Shown here one piece after another: positions 26,493-34,076 of a stretch of 40,693 bases of DNA. The notes under the pieces were generated by a model. It was not told where the DNA came from and did no database searches. It was given only the letters and a program-made list of their open reading frames with translations. The DNA is from Thermoplasmata archaeon (lineage in GTDB: Archaea; Thermoplasmatota; Thermoplasmata; Lutacidiplasmatales; UBA184): NCBI GenBank assembly GCA_030041735.1, contig JASIBA010000040.1, positions 1-40,693 on the forward strand, in the 5' to 3' direction. Position 1 is the stretch's first letter. Every line of letters begins with the position of its first letter. The translations under genes were made by a program, and so were the position numbers.

Positions 26493-28171
26493 CGGGGCGC
26501 GTCGAGGCTCCGCCGGAGGAGCACCCCCACTGGATCCGGATCGGCCAGAGGTTCGTGGCCCCTCTCCTCGTTCGGCAGTTTCCGCCCGAGCTCCCGTTCG
26601 GGTTCCTGGGCCGCGTGCTGCCGACCACCGAGCCGGTGGAGTTCGCGATCGAGGCGCACCGTCTCCCCTCGGAGCGGGCGCTCGAGATCCTGCATCGGGC
26701 GCGGACCGTCGCCGACGCCGAGCTCGCGACGGGCGGCCGAGGGACTCCCCACGCGGAGCTCGAGGTCGAGCGCGACGCGGCCGAGGAGTTCGGCCGGGCG
26801 GTCGCCCGTCGCTCGCAGGAACTGTGGCGGGTGGGGATCCGCTTCGCGGCCGAAGCGGACTCGCGGCCGCGGGCGGAGGCGGTCCGGGTCCGGCTGGCCG
26901 AGCGGCTCACCGCCCTGGGGTTCCGGTGCCGGGTCCCGCGACACGAAGTCGGGGCGGCCCTGCGATCGCCCGGCGACCGCTCGTCGTCCCATCGGCCCGA
27001 GGGCTACTGGCAGACCCTCCCGACCGATGGCCTGGCGGCGCTGTTCCCGTTCGTGGACGAGGCGATCGTCGAGCCCCGGGGGATCCTCGTCGGTCTCGCG
27101 CTCGCCGACGCGAGTCCGGTGTTCCTCGACCGCTGGGGACGGACGAGCCACTCCTGGGGGATCTTCGGGACGACCGGCGCCGGCAAGTCCTACACGGCCG
27201 CGCTCGCGGTCCTGCGCTCCCGATGGGCCCGGCCGACCGCAGGGATCACCCTGCTCGATCCCCTGGGGGAATTCGCGCCGTTCGTCCGCGCGCTCGGAGG
27301 CGACGTGGTACGGGTCGGCGCCGGAGAGGGGCGGATCAATCCGCTCGACCCCGCGACCACCCGGGGCGACCGGTCGGAGAAGGCGGCGCGGATCGGAGCG
27401 ATGCTCCGCGCGGTGTTCCCCACGCTCACCGACGACGAGGCCGCGCGGCTCGACTCAGCGGTGACGCGCCTCTACACCGGGCGGGACGACGTGCCGACGT
27501 TCTCCGATCTTCGGGCCGAGGTGGCACGCGACCGCGACCCGCCCGACCGCCTGCTGGGCCTGCTCGAGGTGTTCCGGTCGGGTTCGCTCCGCGCGGTCAA
27601 CGGCGCGTCGCAGGTCCTGCCGGACTCCTCGCTGGTCGACGTCGATCTCCACGGGATCCCCGACGACCAGCTCCCGTTCCACCTGACCTACCTCCTCGAC
27701 TGGGTCTACGGCCGCATCCGGGACCGCCCCGGCCCGAAGCTCGTCGTGGTGGACGAGGTCCATCTGCTCCTGCGGCACCGCGCCACGGCGGAGTTCCTCG
27801 ACCGGGTGGTCCGCCACGTGCGCCATTTCGAAGCCGGCTTCTTGCTGCTCAGCCAGCGACCCGACGACTTCCTCGACCTTCCGAGCGGTCGGGGGGTGCT
27901 CCAGAACCTCGACGCGGTCGGACTGCTGCGGCTCCCGGGCGTGTCGGCCGCGACGCGGGAGTTCTTCGGCCTCACCGGCCCCGAGGCGGAGTGGCTGCCC
28001 AAAGCCCGGCTCCCCCGCGAGATCGGGTATGCCGAGTCGCTCTGGCGGATCGGCGAGCTCCACCTGCCGCTCGCGATCGTCGCCTCGACCCCCGAGCACA
28101 CCCTGCTCGCGGGCACGCTCGGGCAAGGGACCGGGGCCGTGGAACCTGCCTCTGGAAACGGGTCTTTATGA
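26489..28171 (+). CDS. virB4: VirB4-like (TraE/DUF87-type) secretion ATPase
   Basis: Walker A GTTGAGKS, LLDPLGEF, INPLD, Walker B VVVDEVH, RHVRHF...LSQRPDDF, LAALFPF...GILVG. The ATG at 26489 overlaps the previous stop. Confidence 0.85.
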   Translation: MTGRVEAPPEEHPHWIRIGQRFVAPLLVRQFPPELPFGFLGRVLPTTEPVEFAIEAHRLPSERALEILHRARTVADAELATGGRGTPHAELEVERDAAEEFGRAVARRSQELWRVGIRFAAEADSRPRAEAVRVRLAERLTALGFRCRVPRHEVGAALRSPGDRSSSHRPEGYWQTLPTDGLAALFPFVDEAIVEPRGILVGLALADASPVFLDRWGRTSHSWGIFGTTGAGKSYTAALAVLRSRWARPTAGITLLDPLGEFAPFVRALGGDVVRVGAGEGRINPLDPATTRGDRSEKAARIGAMLRAVFPTLTDDEAARLDSAVTRLYTGRDDVPTFSDLRAEVARDRDPPDRLLGLLEVFRSGSLRAVNGASQVLPDSSLVDVDLHGIPDDQLPFHLTYLLDWVYGRIRDRPGPKLVVVDEVHLLLRHRATAEFLDRVVRHVRHFEAGFLLLSQRPDDFLDLPSGRGVLQNLDAVGLLRLPGVSAATREFFGLTGPEAEWLPKARLPREIGYAESLWRIGELHLPLAIVASTPEHTLLAGTLGQGTGAVEPASGNGSL

Positions 28172-28193
28172 GGGTAGAGGACGAGCCCCGGAC

Positions 28194-28697
28194 GTGGACG
28201 CCGAGGCGACGGCCGCGGGCCCCCCGCGCCGGCGCGCGAGCTGGAGCCTGAAGTCAATCGTCGAGGACGTGGCCGGCCGACCGATCGGCGAGCTCCAGGA
28301 TCCGGGGAAGCCGGTCCACCCGTATCTCGAGGGCAAGGGCGTCGCCGCGGCGCCTCCGACCGCGAGGGTCGCTTCCGGCGAGGCCCCGTACGATCCGGTG
28401 GGGCACGTCTACCCTCCGCTCGTGGGTCCGCTCGGCCGGGACTACCACGGGGCCGAGCACGAGCACCACGCGGAGACCCTCCAGCACCACCCGCCGCACA
28501 CCGATTCCTCGCCCGGGAACCCCGCGCGCCCGGGCGGCCCCATGCACCGGCCCGAGCGAATCTACCTGCACTATCTTCTGCTGCACATGGATCGGCTGAG
28601 CCCGTCCGCGCTCCAGTACCTCAGGACCGCGGTCGAGGAGGAGCTCGCGCACCGCGCGCGGCCGCCCCTCCCGCCGACGCCCGCCGCGACGGAGTGA
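28194..28697 (+). CDS. Hypothetical His/Pro-rich protein
   Basis: GTG 28194 follows TATA-like ctttatga (28164-28171). Host codon usage, HGAEHEHHAETLQHH, and a C-terminal helix IYLHYLLLHMDRL. Confidence 0.65.
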   Translation: MDAEATAAGPPRRRASWSLKSIVEDVAGRPIGELQDPGKPVHPYLEGKGVAAAPPTARVASGEAPYDPVGHVYPPLVGPLGRDYHGAEHEHHAETLQHHPPHTDSSPGNPARPGGPMHRPERIYLHYLLLHMDRLSPSALQYLRTAVEEELAHRARPPLPPTPAATE

Positions 28698-29508
28698 CGA
28701 CCTCCCAGCCGAGGGCCCGGCCCCGTTCGGCGAGCTCGGCGAAGACGGTCGGGTCGCGTTCGACCCCGATCGCGTTCCGGCCCCACCGTTGCGCGGCCGC
28801 GAGCGTCGTGCCGGTGCCCGCGAACGGATCCAGGACGGTCTCCCCGAGCAGCGAGAACATGCGGACCAGCCGTCCCGGGACCTCGTCGGGGAACGCCGCG
28901 CTCCGGCGGCCCCCGGCGTCCTGCCGCGCGCCGCGGATGTCGTCCCAGATCTGGCTGAACCAGCGGTCCCGCTCGGCCCGGGAGTACCGGCTCGCCGCGC
29001 GCGCCGGGTCGTGGCGGGGCAGGCGCCGCAGCGGGCCCTTCCGGAACAGCAGCACGAACTCGCAGTCGAGCGTCACGTAGGCGTTCGGAGGCTCGAAGCC
29101 GGAACCGAGGAACGCGTTCGGCCGGTTCGTCGGCTTCTTCCAGAGGACGTAGGGCAGCGACCGGAAGCCCGCCCGCTCGGCCCCCACGATCACGCGGGCG
29201 TGGTTCGGCCAGAGACGGAACTCCCCGTCGGTCGTGCGCAGCGCGTCGCCGACGTTCACGGCGAGGAGACCCCCCGGCACCAGGACCCGGTGGGCGGCCT
29301 GCCACGCCGGGTCGAGCAGCCGGTGCATCGCCTCGAAGTCGCGCGCCCCGAGCCGCGCGAACGGCGCGTCCCACTGGGGGATCATCGGGTACGGCGGCGA
29401 CGTGACGATGAGGTGGACCGATCCGTCCTCGATCCCCGCGAGTCGCCGCGCGTCGCCCCGGAGCAGGCGGACCCGTCCCGCCGCGGGCTCCGGCACGGGC
29501 CGGGGCAC
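28621..29508 (-). CDS. Orphan N4-cytosine (beta-class) DNA methyltransferase, Zim/CTAG-like
   Basis: IVTSPPYPMI..WD precedes VLDPFAGTGTT, with WKKPTN..GSG..PPNAYVTL. GTG start at 29508 or 29496. Confidence 0.88.
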   Translation of the reverse strand: MPRPVPEPAAGRVRLLRGDARRLAGIEDGSVHLIVTSPPYPMIPQWDAPFARLGARDFEAMHRLLDPAWQAAHRVLVPGGLLAVNVGDALRTTDGEFRLWPNHARVIVGAERAGFRSLPYVLWKKPTNRPNAFLGSGFEPPNAYVTLDCEFVLLFRKGPLRRLPRHDPARAASRYSRAERDRWFSQIWDDIRGARQDAGGRRSAAFPDEVPGRLVRMFSLLGETVLDPFAGTGTTLAAAQRWGRNAIGVERDPTVFAELAERGRALGWEVVTPSRRASAGGAAARGARAPPRPRS

Positions 29509-29551
29509 TCGGCCACCCCTTATACCGAGCCTCCTCCTCCTCGAGGCGGCG

Positions 29552-30856
29552 ATGCGGCTCGACCACCCCGTCCTGCAGGTCGCGCTCGACTTCGAGAACC
29601 TGTCGCGCGCGATGCTCGCGGCCAAGGAGGCGGTGGAAGGGGGCGCCGACTGGGTCGAGGCGGGCACCCCGCTCTTGAAGAGCGAGGGGCTCGACGCGGT
29701 CCGAGAGCTGAAGAAGGCGTTCCCGGATCGGCGGATCGTCGCCGACATGAAGGTCATGGACACCGGCGCGTTCGAGGTCGAGATCGCCGCCAAGGCGGGG
29801 GCCGACATCGTCACGATCCTCGGGGCTGCGGACGACGACACGATCGCCGACGGCGTCCGGGGCGGCGAGCTCTACGGCGCCGAGGTGATGGTCGACCTGC
29901 TCAATGTTCCGGATCCGGTGGCCCGGGCCCGCCGGGTCGCCGAGCTCGGGGCCGGCGCGGTCTGCTGGCACGTCGGGATCGACATGCAGATGCAGGCCCG
30001 GACGCCGTTCGAGGTGCTCCAGGAGATCGCGGCGGCCTCGCCGATCCCGGTCGCGGTCGCCGGCGGCCTCAACTCCGAGTCGGTGGCGGCCGCGGTGGGA
30101 GCGGGCGCCCAGATCCTGATCGTCGGGGGGGCGATCACGAAGAGCCCGCAGATGGTCGAAGCGACCCGGCGGATCCGCCGCGCGATCGACACCGGCGAGG
30201 CCCAGGCGACCGAGCTGTTCCGCCGGTACTCCGGCGCCGGGATCCGGGAAGCGTTCCTCAAGGTCTCGAGCCCCAACGTGTCCGATGCGCTGCAGCGCCA
30301 AGGCGCGATGCACGGGATCGTCGCGCACCTCAAGGACCCGACCGTGCGGATGGCCGGACCCGCCGTCACGGTCGTGACCCGGGACGGGGACTGGGCGAAG
30401 CCGGTCGAGGCGATCGACCACGCGGGCCCCGGCGACGTCATCGTGGTCGACGCGGGCGGGGGGACGACCGCGATCTGGGGGGAACTCGCGAGCTGGAGCG
30501 CGCACGGCCGGCACGTCGCGGGCGTCGTCATCGACGGCGCCGCCCGGGACGTGGACGCCATCCTCGAGCTCGGGTTCCCGGTCTTCAGCCGCTTCGTCAG
30601 CCCGAACGCCGGCGAGCCGAAGGGCCTCGGGGAGATCGGGGTCGAGGTGGTCGTGGGCGGCCAGCGGGTCCGACCGGGCGACTGGATCGTCGGCGATCTC
30701 TCGGGCGTGGTGGTCGTCCCCCGCGAGCGGGCGCAGGAGATCGCGAACCGGGCGCTGGACGTCCTGGAGCACGAGAACCGGGTCCGCGAGGAGATCCAGC
30801 GCGGCTCGACGCTCGGAACCGTCCAGAAGCTCGAGCGCTGGGAGCGGGTCGGCTAG
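29552..30856 (+). CDS. hxlA: 3-hexulose-6-phosphate synthase fused to an RraA/MenG-like domain
   Basis: LQVALD, WVEAGTPLLKSEG, VADMKVMDTG, HVGIDMQ, VAGG, then SSPNVSDA, AIWGELAS, IDGAARD, GDWIVGD. Confidence 0.9.
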   Translation: MRLDHPVLQVALDFENLSRAMLAAKEAVEGGADWVEAGTPLLKSEGLDAVRELKKAFPDRRIVADMKVMDTGAFEVEIAAKAGADIVTILGAADDDTIADGVRGGELYGAEVMVDLLNVPDPVARARRVAELGAGAVCWHVGIDMQMQARTPFEVLQEIAAASPIPVAVAGGLNSESVAAAVGAGAQILIVGGAITKSPQMVEATRRIRRAIDTGEAQATELFRRYSGAGIREAFLKVSSPNVSDALQRQGAMHGIVAHLKDPTVRMAGPAVTVVTRDGDWAKPVEAIDHAGPGDVIVVDAGGGTTAIWGELASWSAHGRHVAGVVIDGAARDVDAILELGFPVFSRFVSPNAGEPKGLGEIGVEVVVGGQRVRPGDWIVGDLSGVVVVPRERAQEIANRALDVLEHENRVREEIQRGSTLGTVQKLERWERVG

Positions 30857-30874
30857 CCCGGTCGCAGGCTCCGC

Positions 30875-31273
30875 TCACCGTTCGGCGAGGATGCGGCGCA
30901 CCGGGTCGTTGTCCGCGTACACCTGCCACTCCGCGACCCGTCCGCGGACGACCCGGCACCTCCAGGCGGCCGGGATCCTCCACCGTCGCTCGGGAAGGGG
31001 CTTGCGGCCGGCGGCGAGGGTTCCGCTCGCGAAGCCCGTCAAGAGGACCGTAGCGCCGTCGGTCGCGACCCCGCGGATCTCGATCCGGTAGTCCGGAAAC
31101 ATCCCGAAGTACGCCTCCCAGCCCTGGCGCATCGCCTCCCGGCCCACGACGGCCGTTCCGAGCGAGTCGACAAACCGATGGCGGACCGGCATGAGGTCGG
31201 CCAACGCGTCCAGATCGTGACGATTGATCGCCGCCACGTATCGCCGGGCGATTCGCACGGGTGCCTTCGTCAT
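30875..31273 (-). CDS. SnoaL/NTF2-like protein
   Basis: YVAAINRHDLDAL, FVDSLG..VGREAMRQGWEAYFGMFPDY, WQVYADN. Confidence 0.85.
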   Translation of the reverse strand: MTKAPVRIARRYVAAINRHDLDALADLMPVRHRFVDSLGTAVVGREAMRQGWEAYFGMFPDYRIEIRGVATDGATVLLTGFASGTLAAGRKPLPERRWRIPAAWRCRVVRGRVAEWQVYADNDPVRRILAER

Positions 31274-31442
31274 CCTTCCGGGCGCGCCCCCTAGGCCCCA
31301 ACCCGCCGGATAGGAAAACTCTCCGCGGGCCTCCCGACCGCGCCGGTCTCCTCCGCGACTTCGGTGGGGCTTCGTAGAAAGGGTCGAGTATCGCCTCCGC
31401 GTTCCGGGTCCCGCGCGGCCAGAGACGCGCCGGGGGGAATCC

Positions 31443-33050
31443 ATGGACGGACTCATGATGGACGATTTTCCGCTGACGCTCACGCACGTGGTGCAGCGGA
31501 CGGAGCGGCTGTTCCCCCGCGTCGCGATCTCGAGCCGCTCGCCCGACGGGACGATCCGTCGGACCGACTACGCCGGCGTCATCCGCCGGGCGCGCCGCCT
31601 TGCCCGCGTGCTCCGGGAGGGCGGTATCGAGCCCGGCGACCGCGTCGGAACGCTGATGTGGAACCACTCCCGGCATCTCGAAGCGTATCTCGGCGTTCCC
31701 GCGTCGGGCGCCGTCGTCCACACGCTGAACCTCCGGCTCTCCCCGGAGCAGCTGGCCTACGTCATCCATCACGGCGGCGACAAGTGGATCCTCGTCGACG
31801 ACAACCTCCTGCCACTGCTCGCCCGCATCCGGGACCGGATCAACCCGAAGCGCATCGTCGTCGTCCCGTCCGCCGGAGGACTGGTCCCCACCGGCTACGA
31901 TGACTACGAGTACCTGCTCTCGCAACACGAGCCGCTGGACCCTCTCCCGGCGCTCTCCGAACGCCAGGCGGCGGGGCTCTGCTACACGTCCGGCACGACC
32001 GGGCGGCTCAAGGGCGTGCTCTACTCGCATCGCTCGATCGTCCTGCATTCGTTGGTGGGGGCTTCCACGCTCGACCTCCGCCAGTCCGACGCAGCCCTCG
32101 TGGTCGTGCCGATGTTCCACGCCAACGCGTGGGGCCTGCCGTACATCCTGACGACGCTCGGGAGCCGGATCGTCCTGCCCGGCCGGCAGCTGGATCCCGA
32201 AAGCCTGCTCGACCTGATGGAGCAGGAGCGGGTCACCTACGCCGCCGGCGTTCCCTCGATCTGGACCGGCCTCCTCGAGACCCTCGAACGGGACCCCCGG
32301 CGATGGACCCTCACGCCCGGTCTCCGGATGCTGGTCGGCGGATCGGCCGTCCCGGAGGCGATGATCCGCCGGTTCGCAGCGCTCGGGATCGACGTGATCC
32401 ACGGCTACGGCATGACGGAGTCCTCGCCGCTCGTGGCCGTGAACATCCCGAAGGAGGGCATGCGCGACTGGGAGCCCGACCGACTCTTCCCGCTCCGCGC
32501 GCGCCAGGGGCTCGGGGGAGCGTTCGTCGAGCTGCGGCTGCGGGCCGAGGAACGCGAGCAGCCGTGGGACGGGAAGTCCGTCGGAGAGCTCGAGCTGCGT
32601 GGGCCGTGGATCGCCCGCGCCTACTTCCAGGACAATGATCCCGAGAAGTGGACCTTGGACGGCTGGATGCGGACCGGCGACATCGCAACGATCGACCCGG
32701 AAGGGTACGTCCAGATCGTCGATCGCTCGAAAGACCTGGTGAAGAGCGGCGGCGAGTGGATCAGCTCCGTGGCGCTGGAGAACGCGCTGGTCGCCCACCC
32801 GGCGGTCCGAGAGGCGGCGGTCGTCGCCAAGCCGGATCCCAAGTGGTCCGAGCGGCCGATCGCCTTCGTCGTACTGCGAGACGGCTCGGTCGCGACCCCC
32901 GACGAACTCCGGGGCTTCCTGGCCCCGCAGTTCCCCAAGTGGTGGCTCCCGGACGAGGTCCGATTCGTGGCCGAACTCCCCAAGACGTCGACGGGAAAGG
33001 TCTCGAAGCTCACCCTGCGCCAGGGGCTCGGACCATCCGGCCCGACCTAA
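31443..33050 (+). CDS. Long/medium-chain fatty acid-CoA ligase (AlkK-like)
   Basis: YTSGTTGRLKG, PMFHANAWG, GYGMTE, RTGD, DRSKDLVKSGGEWI, LPKTSTGK. Confidence 0.92.
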   Translation: MDGLMMDDFPLTLTHVVQRTERLFPRVAISSRSPDGTIRRTDYAGVIRRARRLARVLREGGIEPGDRVGTLMWNHSRHLEAYLGVPASGAVVHTLNLRLSPEQLAYVIHHGGDKWILVDDNLLPLLARIRDRINPKRIVVVPSAGGLVPTGYDDYEYLLSQHEPLDPLPALSERQAAGLCYTSGTTGRLKGVLYSHRSIVLHSLVGASTLDLRQSDAALVVVPMFHANAWGLPYILTTLGSRIVLPGRQLDPESLLDLMEQERVTYAAGVPSIWTGLLETLERDPRRWTLTPGLRMLVGGSAVPEAMIRRFAALGIDVIHGYGMTESSPLVAVNIPKEGMRDWEPDRLFPLRARQGLGGAFVELRLRAEEREQPWDGKSVGELELRGPWIARAYFQDNDPEKWTLDGWMRTGDIATIDPEGYVQIVDRSKDLVKSGGEWISSVALENALVAHPAVREAAVVAKPDPKWSERPIAFVVLRDGSVATPDELRGFLAPQFPKWWLPDEVRFVAELPKTSTGKVSKLTLRQGLGPSGPT

Positions 33051-33840
33051 GCACCGCGTCGAGCACGTGCCGGCGGGTCCAGAGGGAGGTCGTCTCTCCG
33101 GCCCAGTGCCTCGCTTGATGGCGGTTGGGGCCCTGCCACGCGAGCTCCCATCGGATCGGGTACGACACGTCCCAGAGCACGAGTGGTTCGGGCTCCGCGA
33201 GAGGGAGCGTCAGGCGGAGCCGTCCCTCGGCGGCGGCCCGGAGCTGGTCGACCGAGATCCCGCCGGTGTCGACCAGGCGCAGCGCCGCCACGATCTTTCG
33301 GACCATGCCCCAGGCGAACGACGGGGCCGCCACTTCGATCACCGTCCCGCCGCGGATAGATCGACTGGAGATCGAGTCGATGGTCCGCCAGCAGGGCTGG
33401 CCCGGCGGAAGTCCGCGCCCGAAGGACCGGGCATCGATCCGACCGCGGAGCGCTCGCATCGCATCCGCTCGGACCGCGCCGACCAACACGGGATGGGGGT
33501 CGAAGTACCGGTAGGTCCGGCCCAGGGCCGAGCGGACGCGGAACGTCTCGGCGACGGGGGTGAGATGGGTGAAGCAGAGCTCGGGCAAGATTCCGTTGAG
33601 CGCACGAAGGAGGGCCGCGCCCGGTAGGTCGGCCCGAAGGACGAGAGCGTTTCCCCGCGCGCTGACCCCCCGGTCGGTGCGGCTGGCGACCTCGAGGGAG
33701 GGGCGCCCGTCCGGCGACCGGAGCCCTCGTCTCTCGAGTCCGCGGAGGATCTCGCCCTCCACGGTGCGCCGTCCGGGCTGGCTCGCCCAGCCGTAGAATC
33801 CCCGACCGTCGTAGCCGAAGCGGACCAGCCACCGGGTCAC
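33010..33840 (-). CDS. truA: tRNA pseudouridine(38-40) synthase
   Basis: FGYDGRGFYGW..QP..RTVEG, ASRTDRGVSA (catalytic Asp), RTYRY, SFAWGMVRKIV. GTG start at 33840. Confidence 0.9.
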   Translation of the reverse strand: MTRWLVRFGYDGRGFYGWASQPGRRTVEGEILRGLERRGLRSPDGRPSLEVASRTDRGVSARGNALVLRADLPGAALLRALNGILPELCFTHLTPVAETFRVRSALGRTYRYFDPHPVLVGAVRADAMRALRGRIDARSFGRGLPPGQPCWRTIDSISSRSIRGGTVIEVAAPSFAWGMVRKIVAALRLVDTGGISVDQLRAAAEGRLRLTLPLAEPEPLVLWDVSYPIRWELAWQGPNRHQARHWAGETTSLWTRRHVLDAVLRSGRMVRAPGAG

Positions 33841-33919
33841 GGAAGTCCGATGCGGTACTCCGGGTAGATGACGTCTACCTCCGGAACGGTCCATAGACCG
33901 GTCCTACCCGCGTCGTACG

Positions 33920-33964
33920 TTGAACTATTGTGAGATATACAGTCTAAAGTGATTTCCTATATAT
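33920..33964. promoter_or_regulatory. AT-rich promoter region of the pst operon
   Basis: A patch of about 45 nt at roughly 70% AT ending in ctatatat, between divergent truA and pstS. Confidence 0.65.
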
Positions 33965-33989
33965 CCGAACTCGGGAGTCCCCGGCCGAT

Positions 33990-34047
33990 GACGACCCGCG
34001 GTCACGGGTGGGTTGCGCGACGCCTCGCCGCGCGGCCGCGGGTCGTC
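33990..34047 (+). promoter_or_regulatory. Long hairpin in the pstS 5' leader
   Basis: gacgacccgcggtc (33990-34003) pairs with ggccgcgggtcgtc (34034-34047) over 14 bp with one G-U. Confidence 0.55.
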
Positions 34048-34076
34048 TAACCTCACGCGCACCAGGTGAACCAAGA

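Noticed and set aside
21639..28171. Integrated conjugative element or provirus
   Set aside because: No integrase, relaxase, capsid gene, att repeat or compositional shift is visible. Components elsewhere in the genome cannot be excluded.
26489..28171. HerA/NurA or defence-associated HerA ATPase
   Set aside because: No nuclease partner. The N-terminal motifs and the pilin/VirB6/PrgI-like neighbours fit VirB4.
28621..29508. Complete restriction-modification system
   Set aside because: No recognisable endonuclease is adjacent, and the His-rich neighbour lacks PD-(D/E)xK or HNH motifs.
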